This document shows positions 50,193-62,999 of a DNA stretch of 64,000 nucleotides, piece after piece. Origin of the DNA: Ranitomeya imitator (taxonomy: Eukaryota); contig NC_091283.1 in assembly GCF_032444005.1 (NCBI RefSeq), positions 178,808,001 to 178,872,000 on the forward strand. The letters are read 5' to 3'. The translations under genes were made by a program, and so were the position numbers. The notes under the pieces are model-generated. The model searched no databases. It was not told the DNA's origin and was given only the letters and a program-made list of their open reading frames with translations. The stretch's first letter is position 1; each line of letters begins with the position of its first letter.

Positions 50193-50944
50193 TTAGTCTG
50201 TCTCTGGCACTGGCGTTTAAATGGAACGATTGTAAGCTGCAATAGTTCTATTGCCCACTCGGTGTCTGCAGGCCAACATCGCCACCATCTTGGTGCTCCT
50301 AGGAAGGGAGCTGTAATTGCACTATATGCTGAACTACTCAAAGAATTGCAGATTATAATACAAGTGATCAAGTAATCGTAGGTTGAACACCCCATAGGGA
50401 ACCAAACAGTAAAGTATAAATAAGAAAAAAAAAAAGTTTAATTAACCCTCCTTTTACTAATTAAATAAACACATTTTGGTATTGTCAAGTAAAAGTCCGA
50501 TATTTCAAAATCTTAAGATTTAGCCCATAATGTAAACGCCGGGAAAACTTTTTTGAAACGACAAAATTATTTTTCTGTTACGCTTCGCTTCCTACCCCAT
50601 TCCTCTGAAAATTCCAATACAAAGTGATTAAAAAAAGCGGTAATATTTACCCCAAAATAATATAAATAAAAACTACATCTCTGCATGTAAAAAGAAGCCC
50701 TCGCACAGCTCCATTGATGAAAAATAAAAAAATGTAGGGGGTCTCCAAATATAGCGACACAAGCAAAATTTTATTTTCTAAATTTTTTTTCACCTATATA
50801 AATGAAAACGCGACATGTTGGATATCACCATAAGCGTACTGACCTAAAGAATCATGTATCCAGCTTTTTGTTTTTTTACCACACTTGGAAGCAAGAACCC
50901 CTCCAAAAAAAAAAAACAATGGTGGAATTGATTTATCCATACTA

Positions 50945-52503
50945 CAGTCATGGCCAAAATTTTTGAGAATGACACCAAAATTATATTTTCACATGATCTG
51001 CTGCCCTCTGGTTTTTATTAGTGTTTGTCTGATGTTTATATCACATACAGAAATATAATTGCAATCATATTATGAGTACCAATAGGTTATATTGACAGTT
51101 AGAATGAGTTAATGCAGCAAGTCAATATTTGCAGTGTTGACCCTTCTTCTTCAAGACCTCTGCAATTCTCCCTGGCATGCTCTCAATCAACTTCTGGACC
51201 AAACCCTGACTGATAGCAGTCCATTCTTGCATAATCAATGCTTGCATTTTGCCAGAATTTGTTGATTTTTGTTTGTCCACCTGTCTCTTGATGATTGACC
51301 ACAAGTTCTCAATGGGATTAAGATCTGGGGAGTTTCCAGGCCATGGACTCAAAATCTCTGTTTTGTTCCATGAGCCATTTAGTTATCACCTTTGCTTTAT
51401 GGCAAGGTGCTCCATCATGCTGGAAAAGGCATTGTTGGGCGCCAAACTGCTCTTGGACGGTTGGGAGAAGTTTGCTCTTGGAGGACATTCTGGTACCATT
51501 CTTTATTCATGGCTGTGTTTTTAGGCAAGACTGTGAGTGAGCCGATTCCCTTGGCTGAGAAGCAACCCCACACATGAATGGTTTCAGGATGCTTTACAGT
51601 TGGCATGAGACAAGACTGGTGGAGGCGCTCCTCTTCTTCTCCGAATTAGCTGTTTTCCAGATGTCCCAAACAATCGAAAAGGGATTCATCAGAGAAAATG
51701 ACTTTGCCCCAGTCCTCAGCAGTCCACTCCCTGTACCTTCTGCAGAATATCAGTCGGTCCCTGATGTTTTTTCTGGAGAGAAGTGGCTTCTTTGCTGCCC
51801 TCCTTGAAACCAGGCCTTGCTCAAAGAGTCTCCGCCTCACAGTGCGTGCAGAAGCACTCACACCAGCCTGCTGCCATTCCTGAGCAAGCTCGGCACTGCT
51901 GGTAGTCCGATGCCGCAGCTGAAGCAGTTTTAAGATACGGTCCTGGCGCTTGCTGGTCTTTCTTGGGCGCCCTGGAGCCTTTTTGACAACAATGGAAGCT
52001 CTCTCCTTGAAGTTCTTGATGATGCGATAGATTGTTGACTGAGGTGCAATCTTTGTAGCTGCGATACTCTTCCCTGTTAGGCCATTTTTGTGCAGTGCAA
52101 TGATGGCTGCACGTGTTTCTTTAGAGATAACCATGGTTAACTGAAGAGAAACAATGATACCAAGCACCAGCCTCCTTTTAAAGTGTCCAGTGATGTCATT
52201 CTTACTTACATGACTGATTGATCGACAGCCCTGTCCTCATCAACACCCACACCTGTGTTAATGGATCAATCACTAAAACTATGTTAGCTGCTCCTTTTAA
52301 GGCAGGACTGCAATGATGTTGAAATGTGTTTTGGGGGTTAAAGTTCCTTTTCTGGGCAAATATTGACTTTGCAAGTACAGTAATTGCTGTTAAGCTGATC
52401 ACTCTGACATCAGGAGTATATGCAAATTGCCATTAGAAAAAATGAAGCAGTAGACTTTGGAAAAATTAATATTTCTCATTCTCAAATTTTTTGTCCATGA
52501 CTG
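50945..52503 (-). mobile_element. Full-length decayed Tc1 transposon
   Basis: TA|CAGTCATGGCCAAAA...TTTTGTCCATGACTG|TA. Transposase fragments [50 protein letters not shown], with frameshifts. Confidence 0.93.
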
Positions 52504-55203
52504 TAGTTCTCATCCAGCATCCACAGAAACTTTTTCTATTTCAGAGGAAAATTAATGATGGTCATGAAAACCGTCCGTTGGGAACCCGGACCCCAGTAAT
52601 GCACTCAATGAAAGGAGTACCAGCCTGTGATGAGCTACTAGAGTCCTTTGGATGCACATGGGGGCAAAAATGTTAGAAAATTTTGACAACCATATCCATC
52701 ATTTTTATTTTTTTTCCACATATACTATGACAGAAATGTGCACTTTATATTGCTATATGCTTTTCAATATCTGTTGATGTACATTTTACAGAGTAAGACC
52801 CAGATTTAAATGGAGTCTTGCAAAAAAAAAAAAAAAAAAAGAAAGCGAGCGCTCTGAGTGCCCACGCTCAGGGAGGCAAAGCGCTTCTCATCTTTCACAA
52901 GTCAGCAAAATCAGATCTGCAGGCTTTGTGATTTTTAATGTTGAATTCATTACAGGTTCAGAACAGAGAACCCGCGATCCCTACTGCAGCTGTGTGTCAT
53001 CGGCGGGGGCTGAGAAGTTATACTCACACCCGCAGAGGCTTTCATCAAATGCCTTTCAAATGGAAAATATTTTTTATTGCAACCACAGTCGGGGCATCTG
53101 AATAAGCAAATTTAGCCCAATTTAACCTAAAGTGAAACCCTGAAAAAGTAATGTTCGCTTGTGAAAGGGCCACCAAAGAGTAGACATTTTTACTAGGTCA
53201 TGACATAGAATTAAGAGCATACTTGTTATATTCAATGCTACCAGATCTTTGATGTTTGCCATAGGAAAAATGTTGCGTGCCTTGGGCGATCTTTAGATTT
53301 GCTTCCCCAAAAATAACTTGATCACGGGTATGAGTGATTATCTTTAATCTGCAGGGGAGCTCGATAAGAAGCGTTTAATTCTGCTGCAGCACCACCGCTG
53401 GGGGAAGAGGGTATTGCATGGTGAAATTAATGAGCTCTCTGTGTAATGCAGGTTTTCCTGGGTCCTTCATGGACAGACGTTTGTAAATAATCTCTGGCTA
53501 ATTGATGATCGTTGTGAATGATTTCTCTGATTTCAAAGAGTATTTGAGAATTAAATTTTCTAATTGCAAAAAATCCCTTAAGAGTTTGTTCACGTGGAGT
53601 CTTTTTTTTTTTTGCCAAATTGTTTTGAGTGGAAACTCCAGTTTTTTTTATGATTTTGTCAAATTTCCGCTCATCAAAGGTCAGTAAAATGACTCCATAT
53701 GAATACACCCCTAAAGGGGTTATCCAGGACTACTTCTGTTTTGTTTTTTTACTATGGGCCTAAGAACTAAGAGGCAGGTAGTTGCTAAGTACCTGCCTGT
53801 TGTGCATCTCTGCTGACACCGACTACCTCTGCCAGCGATTCAGTGGCTTCCGTTACCATCACGTTGTCAGGGCAGTGACTTCTCTTCCGCTCTGCTCCTG
53901 CCTAACTGTAGGAAGCTGGCTGTCAATCAGCATGACGTCAGCAGTCACGCCCCGTCAACAGAGCAGAAAAATTGCTGCTCTGTAGACTTGAAGCAGCTCA
54001 ATCGCTGGCAATCAGTGACCGCTCTGAGCTGGCACCTCATGGTACAGGCATGCTTCTATTGGCAACTACCTGCCTTTTTAGTTTATATGCCCTTAGTAAA
54101 AAAAAAAAGTACAGTAATCCAGGACCTTTCCTTTTTAAGGAGTTGTCCAGTATACAAATATTATTTTTTTTTCAAACAGCCAAGAAATGTTGTAAACTAA
54201 TAAAATAACCAATACTCGCCTCCAGCACTTCGGTTCCAGTTTGCTCCTGAGCTGTCCATCATATGACTGCCAATTATCACCACTAAAGCCATAGTCAGAC
54301 TTCATTGATTTTTTTTCATGCGCATGAAAAACTATGACCTTAATCAGAGCTTTGGATCAGATTTTTCTCAGTATTTGGTCAGTGCATTAGTTTATAACAG
54401 CAGTGTTTAATCAGTAAATTTTTCATATGCTTTAAAAAAAAAAAAAAATATTGCAAAACTTCTACCCATTACAATGTTAAGAACAGCCAGCAGGTATAAT
54501 GGTGGCACCTATAAAAAAAAAAATTAAAAAGACATATCCGCTTTTTTTTTTTTTTTTGGTGGTGGTGGTGGGGGGGGGGGGGGGGTGCCATGTGTGTGAA
54601 CAATGGACGCCTCAATCAGTCCTGATATTTGTGTGTTTCCTTTCTTGTAAATGCAGCCATTTATAAAACCACTTATCATCCATTAGCAATTCTATCTTAT
54701 AGGTTGCCGTGAATTCTCTTGTGCAAGAATCGGACGGGCAGACTAGTTTGCATTCATGAAAAACAAAACCAAAATTTCCATTTTGCAGTCATAATATTTC
54801 CATAACAGTTAATAACGGTGTTAAATGCTGGTGTCTGAGCTCTTGTGAAAAACCCCACTGTGCCGTTACATTTAGCCACACAAGCAAACAGTGGGTTTGC
54901 GAGAGCCAGGGAAGCATATGGTGAGGCTCTCATCAGCTACCACCCACGTATACCCACATGTCTTGATCTTCCTCTGGCTGCCAGACAGATCCAAGTGTTA
55001 CTGAAGCGTGGATATAAAACCATTTAATCCACTGTGTTATGTTAGTAATTCATACCTGATCCAAACATTTCAAAGAAGCGTTTGTGAAGCAAGTGGAGGA
55101 GATGTGAATGTATGTTTGCAGGACTGTCGTGCCATTTCTCTTACTCTGAATTTAGTTTTCGTGCTGTCTGGTCAGCGCCGTTTAAATGAAAGCATGGAAG
55201 TAA

Positions 55204-55600
55204 GGCTACTTTCACACTAGCGTCGTTTTGAAGAAAAAACGCATCCTGCAAAGTTGCCTGCAGGATGCGTTTTTTCTCCATAGACTTTAATCAGCGACGC
55301 ATTGCGATGGATTGCCACACGTTGCATCCGTCGTGCGACGGATGCGACGTGTTTTTGCAGTCCGTCGGGACAAAAAAAACGTTGCTTGCAACGCTTTTTT
55401 GTCCGTCGGGTCCGCTTTTTCCGACTGCGCATGCGTGGCCAGAACTCCGCCCCCTCCTCCCCGGACCTTACAATGGGGCAGCGGATGCGTTGTAAAACTG
55501 CATCCACTGCCCCTGTTGTGATTTTACTTCACAGCATGCGTCGGTGCATCGGCCCGACGCACTGCGACGGGCCCGTACCGACGCTAGTGTGAAAGTAGCC
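55204..55600. mobile_element. Harbinger-type MITE
   Basis: TAA|GGCTACTTTCACACTAGCGTCG...CGACGCTAGTGTGAAAGTAGCC|TTA. Confidence 0.85.
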
Positions 55601-56472
55601 TTAAACTTGATCTCGCAGGGCTGCCTCCTTGCCAGAGGGGTACGGCTTAGCAGTCTCTTGACCTTCTGCAAAAAGTGCAGAGGGGGGAGGTTCCTGCTGC
55701 AGCTAGTTGTCTTACAGGTCTGTGAAGAGAAGGTGGGAGACTTTACTGAGTTCGAGATATACAGGGAAGGTTTTTTTTATACATATATTGCTCAGTTTTA
55801 ATTGTAACGAGACAGAATAGCATTATGCTAGGAAATTCTTGAATGTATTTGATTTTTTGTGTGTGCACTTTTTCTGTGTGTTGTTCTTTTAAATTATATC
55901 ACCGTGTTTGTGAGCGATCTACTGCTGTCACGATTGTCTCAGCATTTTGACTGTCCTCTCTGCTATGCCATCACCCGCCATGCTTCCAAATTTCTGGAGG
56001 AGATGCAGCTTTATATATGAGAGTTTTACTTTAAGCAAACTGCATTAGCATTTTTGCTGAGTACTCCGCCCCTCTCGTTTCTCCTCCCTGTCAATCGCTG
56101 TAGATTCGTTCTCAATGAGAATATGGTATATGTATCGAGACAGACAGGCATAGCCTTTATTGGGTGTCTTTCATAGCCAGCAAGGGGTTTGCAAATGTTG
56201 TAGAGGCCAGTGAGGAAGAAGGGCTCTTGCAAGGCATTGCCAGGACAATGTTGGCCAAAATCACTGGAGTTGGCTGCTTGGAACAAAGGTGTTTAAAGAG
56301 GTTTAATGAAAACAACTCCCTTTTTTCTGAAAGTCAGAGTAGCAATCAGCTAATTTTCACAGGTCTGGTTTATATACCACCAGTAATCCGTACTTCCGTA
56401 AAAGAACTGTAGCATATTTGGCATCCATTCATATGAATGACCATCCCTGTAATGCCTGGATGGGCTGAGCCC

Positions 56473-57557
56473 ACTATAGGAAATGTGGGTGACCGCTCAC
56501 TCAGGACTGTAGGAAATGTGGGTGACCGCTCACTCAGGACTGTAGGAAATGTGAGCGACTGCTCACTCAGGACTGTAGGAAATGTGAGCGACTGCTCACT
56601 CAGGACTGTAGGAAATGTGGGTGACCGCTCACTCAGGACTGTAGGAAATGTGGGTGACCGCTCACTCGGGACTGTAGGAAATGTGGGTGACCGCTCACTT
56701 AGGACTGTGGGAAATGTGGGTGGCCGCTCACTCAGGGCTGTGGGAAATGTGGGTGACCGCTCACTCAGGACTGTAGGAAATGTGGGCGACTGCGCACTCA
56801 GGACTGTAGGAAATGTGGGCGACCGCTCACTCAGGACTGTAGGAAATGTGGGCGACCGCTCACTCAGGACTGTAGGAAATGTGGGCGACCGCTCACTCAG
56901 GACTGTAGGAAATGTGGGTGACTGCTCACTCAGGACTGTAGGAAATGTGGGTGACCGCTCACTCAGGACTGTAGGAAATGTGGGTGACCGCTCACTCAGG
57001 ACTGTAGGAAATGTGGGTGACCGCTCACTCAGGACTGTAGGAAATGTGGGTGACCGCTCACTCAGGACTGTAGGAAATGTGGGTGACCGCTCACTCGGGA
57101 CTGTAGGAAATGTGGGGGACCGCTCACTCGGGACTCTAGGAAATGTGGGGGACCGCTCACTCGGGACTGTAGGAAATGTGGGGGACCGCTCACTCGGGAC
57201 TGTAGGAAATGTGGGGGACCGCTCACTCGGGACTGTAGGAAATGTGGGGGACCGCTCACTCGGGACTGTAGGAAATGTGGGGGACCGCTCACTCGGGATT
57301 GTAGGAAATGTGGGGGACCGCTCACTCGGGACTGTAGGAAATGTGGGTGACCGCTTACTCGGGACTGTAGGAAATGTGGGGGACCGCTCACTCGGGACTG
57401 TAGGAAATGTGGGGGACCGCTCACTCGGGACTGTAGGAAATGTGGGGGACCGCTCACTCGGGATTGTAGGAAATGTGGGTGACCGCTCACTCGGGACTGT
57501 AGGAAATGTGGGTGACCGCTCACTCGGGACTGTAGGAAATGTGGGGGACCGTTCACT
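56473..57557. repeat. 33-bp minisatellite, about 33 copies
   Basis: Unit ACTGTAGGAAATGTGGGTGACCGCTCACTCAGG with positionally clustered variants. Confidence 0.97.
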
Positions 57558-59819
57558 TCTGCTTTTAGTTTATCGCCATCCAGGTATCACACAATATAAT
57601 AAAAAAACCAAACTGAAGAAATGTTTGCAGATTTATCAGTGACCCTGGATTTACTCATTCTTGTAGTCCTGTACTGTCCACCGGTTGATAGGAGCGCGGT
57701 AGGCCTGGATCCTATGGCCGGGATGAGCTTGTAATTGAATTCTCCGGAGGAAGCGCTTTGTGTAATGTTCAGACTCCTCTTTACTAGCCAAGTCTCTTAA
57801 TTTGCCTGCATGGAGGAAGGAAGGAAGTCTTTCTTGCCATCAGATGGGTATTAGCTGCCAGTCTGTTCCTAACGAATGAAATTTGCCTTAGTGATATTTA
57901 ATGACAGAAGGAAAACAAGTCTGTGTCTGTACCGGCCTCTCGCTCATACACTTCCTCTGTTTCCTGATTTCTTTACTTTGTTTTGATTAGTGAATAGTGC
58001 AGTTTTATTGCTATTTTTAATCTTCTTTTTTTTTTTTTTTTTTTTTTAAAGCTTAATTGACGTAGATTTTGTGTTTGCATCATTGCTTACCATAACTGTG
58101 TTTTCTACATTTTCATCATCGGTAACCAGGTTGCATGCATTTTTTTTCTTCTCTAAATTCTCCTAGAAAAAAATCTCCTACATACTGCAGAGACTGGAGA
58201 ACACTTTGCCGTTAGTGGCCAACCTTTGTGATTCTTGCGCCAGATTAAAGCTTTCTCAGTAATACTGATTAATAAAACTGACTAAATTGCACGCCAGGTC
58301 TCCCTATCTATAGCGTTGTCAGCCATTCTGCAGGGTTAAAACTGTTGACGGCTCCCTTTAATAAGAATCTATGGTAAAGCTACTGAATGTGCTGCCGAGT
58401 TTAATACTTACTTTACTGCTTCTCCAGCAAATCCTCTTAGTGCAATCTGATCCGTAGCAGGTGAGCACAAAGCCCGACTACCTCTAGGGCCTGCGGACAA
58501 ATGAGCTCATTTTATTTCTCTCGTGTCACTTAATACAAAGTCCTCACCAATAATACTTCTGTTGGTGACATGTGCTCTAAATATTCAGGAATTTGTGTTA
58601 TTTCCGTCTGCATGGCACTCGGTCTCTTATTAAATGAATAGACATTGTTGTAGCATTTACTATTTTTGTTGTGTTACTTTGGGGCAATAATAGGTACAAT
58701 ATTTTTTACAATTAAAAGCATGCTTATCTCCCTACAAGGTTCTAAAAAAAAAACAATCCCGGATCAGGCAGGTTTCAGCTGCAATTATGTCAGATTGAAT
58801 GTCCACCCTTAAGGTCCTCAAAAACGATTTCAACCAAATCGATCATTTGTTATATGCTTGTTAGGAGGCAAGCGATCGATTTTTGAGATGCAAACAACTA
58901 TCATGCATGGCATAATGTGTATGTGCTTATCGTTAGGAAAATGTTACTTAATTACGGTAGCTCCATGCCACTGATTATGGAATTTTTTTGTTCGATATTC
59001 ATTATGAATGTCTGGGTTAATCTAAATGATTTTCGTACAATATGTACGGTGCAGTTGTACAAAGATTCATACAAACAACAAACGATCTTTTATTGTTCGA
59101 TTGTCATCTCCTGTGTATGGCTAGTTTTAAATACAGGGGTTCTTTTTTTATGCAAAGTTGCAAATCTTTTACATAGACTTGTAGCTAAAGTGTGAAGGTC
59201 CTTTCATATAAAAACTGTACAAATGTATGTTCAGCAACAGCGATAAGTTACAGTTGCTGTTGGTGAACACATCAGTCTAATATATCCAGAAGCTGTCTCA
59301 ATTCTCATGTTGCGTAAGTTGCCCTTTTCCCCCTTCCAGCACTCTGCCAGTACTATAGGTGCCGGAGCTTCAATTTGCTTAGCTTCCAAGTAAAATATTT
59401 ATTCTGCCATTGTATAATAGCTTGCCTTTAACCAAATGCCAACCTCTCTTGCCAGTATTTAGTGTAGACAGTAGAGCAGAAGTTAGGGAAATACCACCTC
59501 CCAACCCCCGCTGAAACCTGTAACCTGTCTTTATCTAGGTGGATTACACTTGAAAACATGCAGTGGACAGCAAGCTAGTTAAAGGGAAGACACCTACAGG
59601 CCACAACATAATTTTATAACAAGGTGATTTGCCAACATTGTGTGAAATGAGATCAAGTTGTCTACATGTACAGGGACTAAATAGTACAATTCTGTCCGTC
59701 TGCCGCCACCACTAGAGGGAGCACACCACACTGCATACAATGTACATGTTGATCTCATTCATAGCACAGAAAGTTCATAACTTCCCCCAAGTGGTTGCTG
59801 CAGGTATCTGGAGTTTACA

Positions 59820-59860
<41 letters not shown>

Positions 59861-61070
59861 GCCATTTATTCCATGGCACTTTACATGTGAAAAGGGATAT
59901 GCATAAAAAAAACAATAATGTTAAATATTGCAAGTCATGACTGGTACAGGAGGAGAGAGACGGACCCTTCCCGCGAGGACTCACAACAGATGGCTTTGTA
60001 TGTCATAGTTAGGGTTTTGTACTGGAGTCTCTGGATAATGGGGAGCCAGTGAAGGGATTGACAGAGGGGAGAGGCCAGGGAATAGCGGGGGGACAGGTGG
60101 ATTAGTCGGGCAGCAGAGTTTAGAACAGATTGGAGGGGTGCGAGAGTGTTAGAGGGGAGGCCACAGAGCAGGAGGTTGCAGTAGTCAAGGCGGGAGATGA
60201 TGAGGGCATGGACTAGAGTATTTGAAGATTCTTGGTTGAGTTATGTACGATCCGGGAAATATTTTTTAGTTGAAGTCAGCAGGAAGTGGAAAGGGCTTGG
60301 ATATGTGGTTTGAAGGAGAGATCAGTGTCAAGGATTACCCCGAGACAGTGAGCTTGTAGGACTGGGGAGAGTGGGCAGTCATTTACTTTAATGGATAGGT
60401 CTGTTCGGAGGGGGTCACGTGAGATGGGGGAAAGATGATGAATTCCATTTTGTTCATATTAAGTTTCAGAAATCTAGCGAAGAAGGATGAAATAGCGGAC
60501 AGACATTGAGGGATTCTGGTTAGTAAATCCGTATGTCATTAGCATAGAGATGATACTGAAACCCATGAGATTCTATGAGCTGTCCCAGGCCAAAGGTGTA
60601 AATGGAGAAGAGCAGGGGCCCAAGGACTGAGCCTTGTGGGACTCCGACAGATAGGGGGCGAGGTGAGGAGGTGGTGTGGGAGTGGGAGACGCTGAATGTC
60701 CGGTCTGTTAGGTATGATGAGATCCAGGATAGGGCCAAGTCTGTGATGCTAAGGGATTAGAGGGTCTGTAATAATAGGGAATGGCCCACTGTGTCAAAGG
60801 CAGGGGACAGGTCCAGGAGGAGGAGGACAGAGTAATGTCGCTTGGCTTTGGTGGTGAATAGGTCATTGGTGACCTTAGTTAGGGCAGTTTCAGTGGAGTG
60901 GTGCGGACAGAAGCCTGATTGTAAGCGGTCGAGCAGTTAGAGAGGTGGGAGGACAGTTCGAAATGAACGTGGTGTTCCAGTAGGAATGAGGATGGAGGGA
61001 GATATGACCAGTTCCTTACTAGGGATTAGGGGGCTAGTAGAACGTGACGGATTATAGGGATGAGAGTGAA
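59820..61070 (-). mobile_element. L2-type LINE 3' portion with RT remnant
   Basis: (TTA)n tail. Minus strand [14 protein letters not shown]...[18 protein letters not shown]...[11 protein letters not shown]. Confidence 0.88.
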
Positions 61071-61629
61071 AACAAACAGAAATGTTGTTTACTGTGACTA
61101 TGTATCCAGTTACCTTTAGTTCTCTTCTGATTCAATTCTGGATTAATTCATAACTCCACACTTCTGTGTTGCACTTGTATGATCATGTATTTTGAACATG
61201 TATTTTAAGCTCTGTATCAGAAAAATTAAACCTTCAACCACTATAATACATTTAAGAAATAAATCTTCAGAGAATGTTGAACTTAAAAAAAAATGTGGGG
61301 TACAATAATGGACATCCCCTTTGTGATTTCTGTTACCAGATGAAAGTTTGCACAGCTGTTGTATGCAGAAACCGGATGAATTTCCCCTATCCCTGATGTA
61401 CCTCTTATATCCTCTTTCCTTCACTCCCTGATGGGTCTTCTCATTAAAGTACACCTACAATTAAATATAATGGGTTTTATAATGCGAATGTGATTTCCTG
61501 CTGAAATGGGCTTGATAAGATAGATTACACACACATCATGTGCACAGGAGGTTTCTGGAAAATGTTGTCTATTCTGACTTTCTCCTCCTTTTTCCTGGTT
61601 TACATACATATAGAGGGCACTAAATTCTG

Positions 61630-61800
61630 CAATCGGACATTGATCCAGGGAACTAGTCTGATTGCCATATGTGGAGTCAGGAAGGAATTTTCCTCTAAAA
61701 TGAGGCAACTGGCTTTTGCCTTGTGTGTTTTTTTTTTTTTTGTCGTCCCATGAATCAACATGTTAGGTTATAGGATAAACTTGATGTACTTATGATGACT
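61630..61800 (+). mobile_element. CR1-like LINE 3' UTR fragment
   Basis: GATCCAGGGAACTAGTCTGATTGCCATATGTGGAGTCAGGAAGGAATTTT motif. Recognised from memory; no coding support. Confidence 0.45.
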
Positions 61801-62174
61801 GCTTTTAACCTTAGAAAAAACAAACTATGAAACCAGTAATACATCCTGTTTGCGCTTTTTATAATGCACACACATACAGAATGTATGATACACCTTGTTT
61901 TTGAAGTCTCTCTTGATCCAGAAGTGAGATTTACCGTATATGCTTTTTTTATACCCATCCAATAGAATTGATCCAAAATATCTGGTAATGCAGCACCCAA
62001 TGGATGTCAGTGGAACAGTCTTAAAATCATATTGCTAGATTTGTGGTGCCATTCAACTATGCTGGACAGTGCAAACTCAGGAATAACACTTAGTGATATT
62101 ATAAATACTTTTAAAGTGAAAATGTGCGGGCTGTGTACCTGTGAATCCAGCACGGGATTGAGAGAAAACATTTA

Positions 62175-62558
62175 GGCTAGTTTCACATTAGCGTTCGGCA
62201 GGGCTGCAGATGGCAGCCTTCTTCCTCCGTGAAGCCCCACCCACTGCCACGCCTCTTCCTTCAGCTCTGCCTTTGTCTGCATGCGTCCTGCGTACCCTAT
62301 CTTTAACATTGGGTACGCAGGTCATGCGGATGTATGCGGATACCTCCGTATGCGTCGTTTTCACGCTGTGCTGACCGCAACAAAATGCAACATGTTGCTT
62401 TCGACGCAGGTCAGCGCAGCGTCAAGACGACACATGCGGAGGTACCCAATTTTAAAGATGGGGTACGCAGGACACATGCAGATGTAGGCGGAGCTGAAGG
62501 AAGAGGTGTGGCAGTGGGCGGGGCTTCACGGAGGAAGAACGCAAGTCTGAAACCAGCC
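62175..62558. mobile_element. Harbinger-type MITE
   Basis: TTA|GGCTAGTTTCACA...TGAAACCAGCC|TTA with internal inverted repeats. Confidence 0.75.
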
Positions 62559-62999
62559 TTACACAGACCATGCTGCTGCTTTATACTATGTCTGTGCCTT
62601 TCTCTCCCTCTCTGCTCATTCCTCCTCCTACACCATTCTTTCTCAATAGAATTGAATAGGTAGCTGTAATCTGATCCCTTAGTGATATGACAGTTCATGT
62701 TTTAATCCAGATGGATTTTAGCTGTATTTTAGAATAAATGAATGCATACAGAAGGCAGAGAGCAAAGAAGAAGTTATAAGCAGAGAAAGTAGCATTGTTT
62801 TCTTTTGTTTTGCTTATAGTATTGATTTACGCAAAATTTGTTGAAGCGATCGTGATCATTGAGGCCTCATCCATTATCCTAATGGCCATATTGTGGGCAC
62901 ATTAATGCATTCAGATAATGGCCTGACCATGAGCCTTCCAACTATGCTGGCCATTACTAGCTCAGGGATAAAACTTTGTAATATTATAAATAACTTTAA

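Noticed and set aside
53711-54140. T2/Kolobok-type MITE (TTAA-AGGGG ends); similar traces near 36974-37321 and 40320
   Set aside because: The termini are too degenerate to pair confidently, so I did not list them as features.
52957-57725. Additional possible exons (after AG at about 28117, 45905, 52957, 54702, 55716, 56176, 57691)
   Set aside because: Each lacks either a strong donor or a strong acceptor, and none gives a peptide I recognise. They cannot be distinguished from chance without RNA data.
59740-59984. Poly-Leu / poly-Asn ORFs
   Set aside because: They are translations of the (TTA)n tail of an L2 element.
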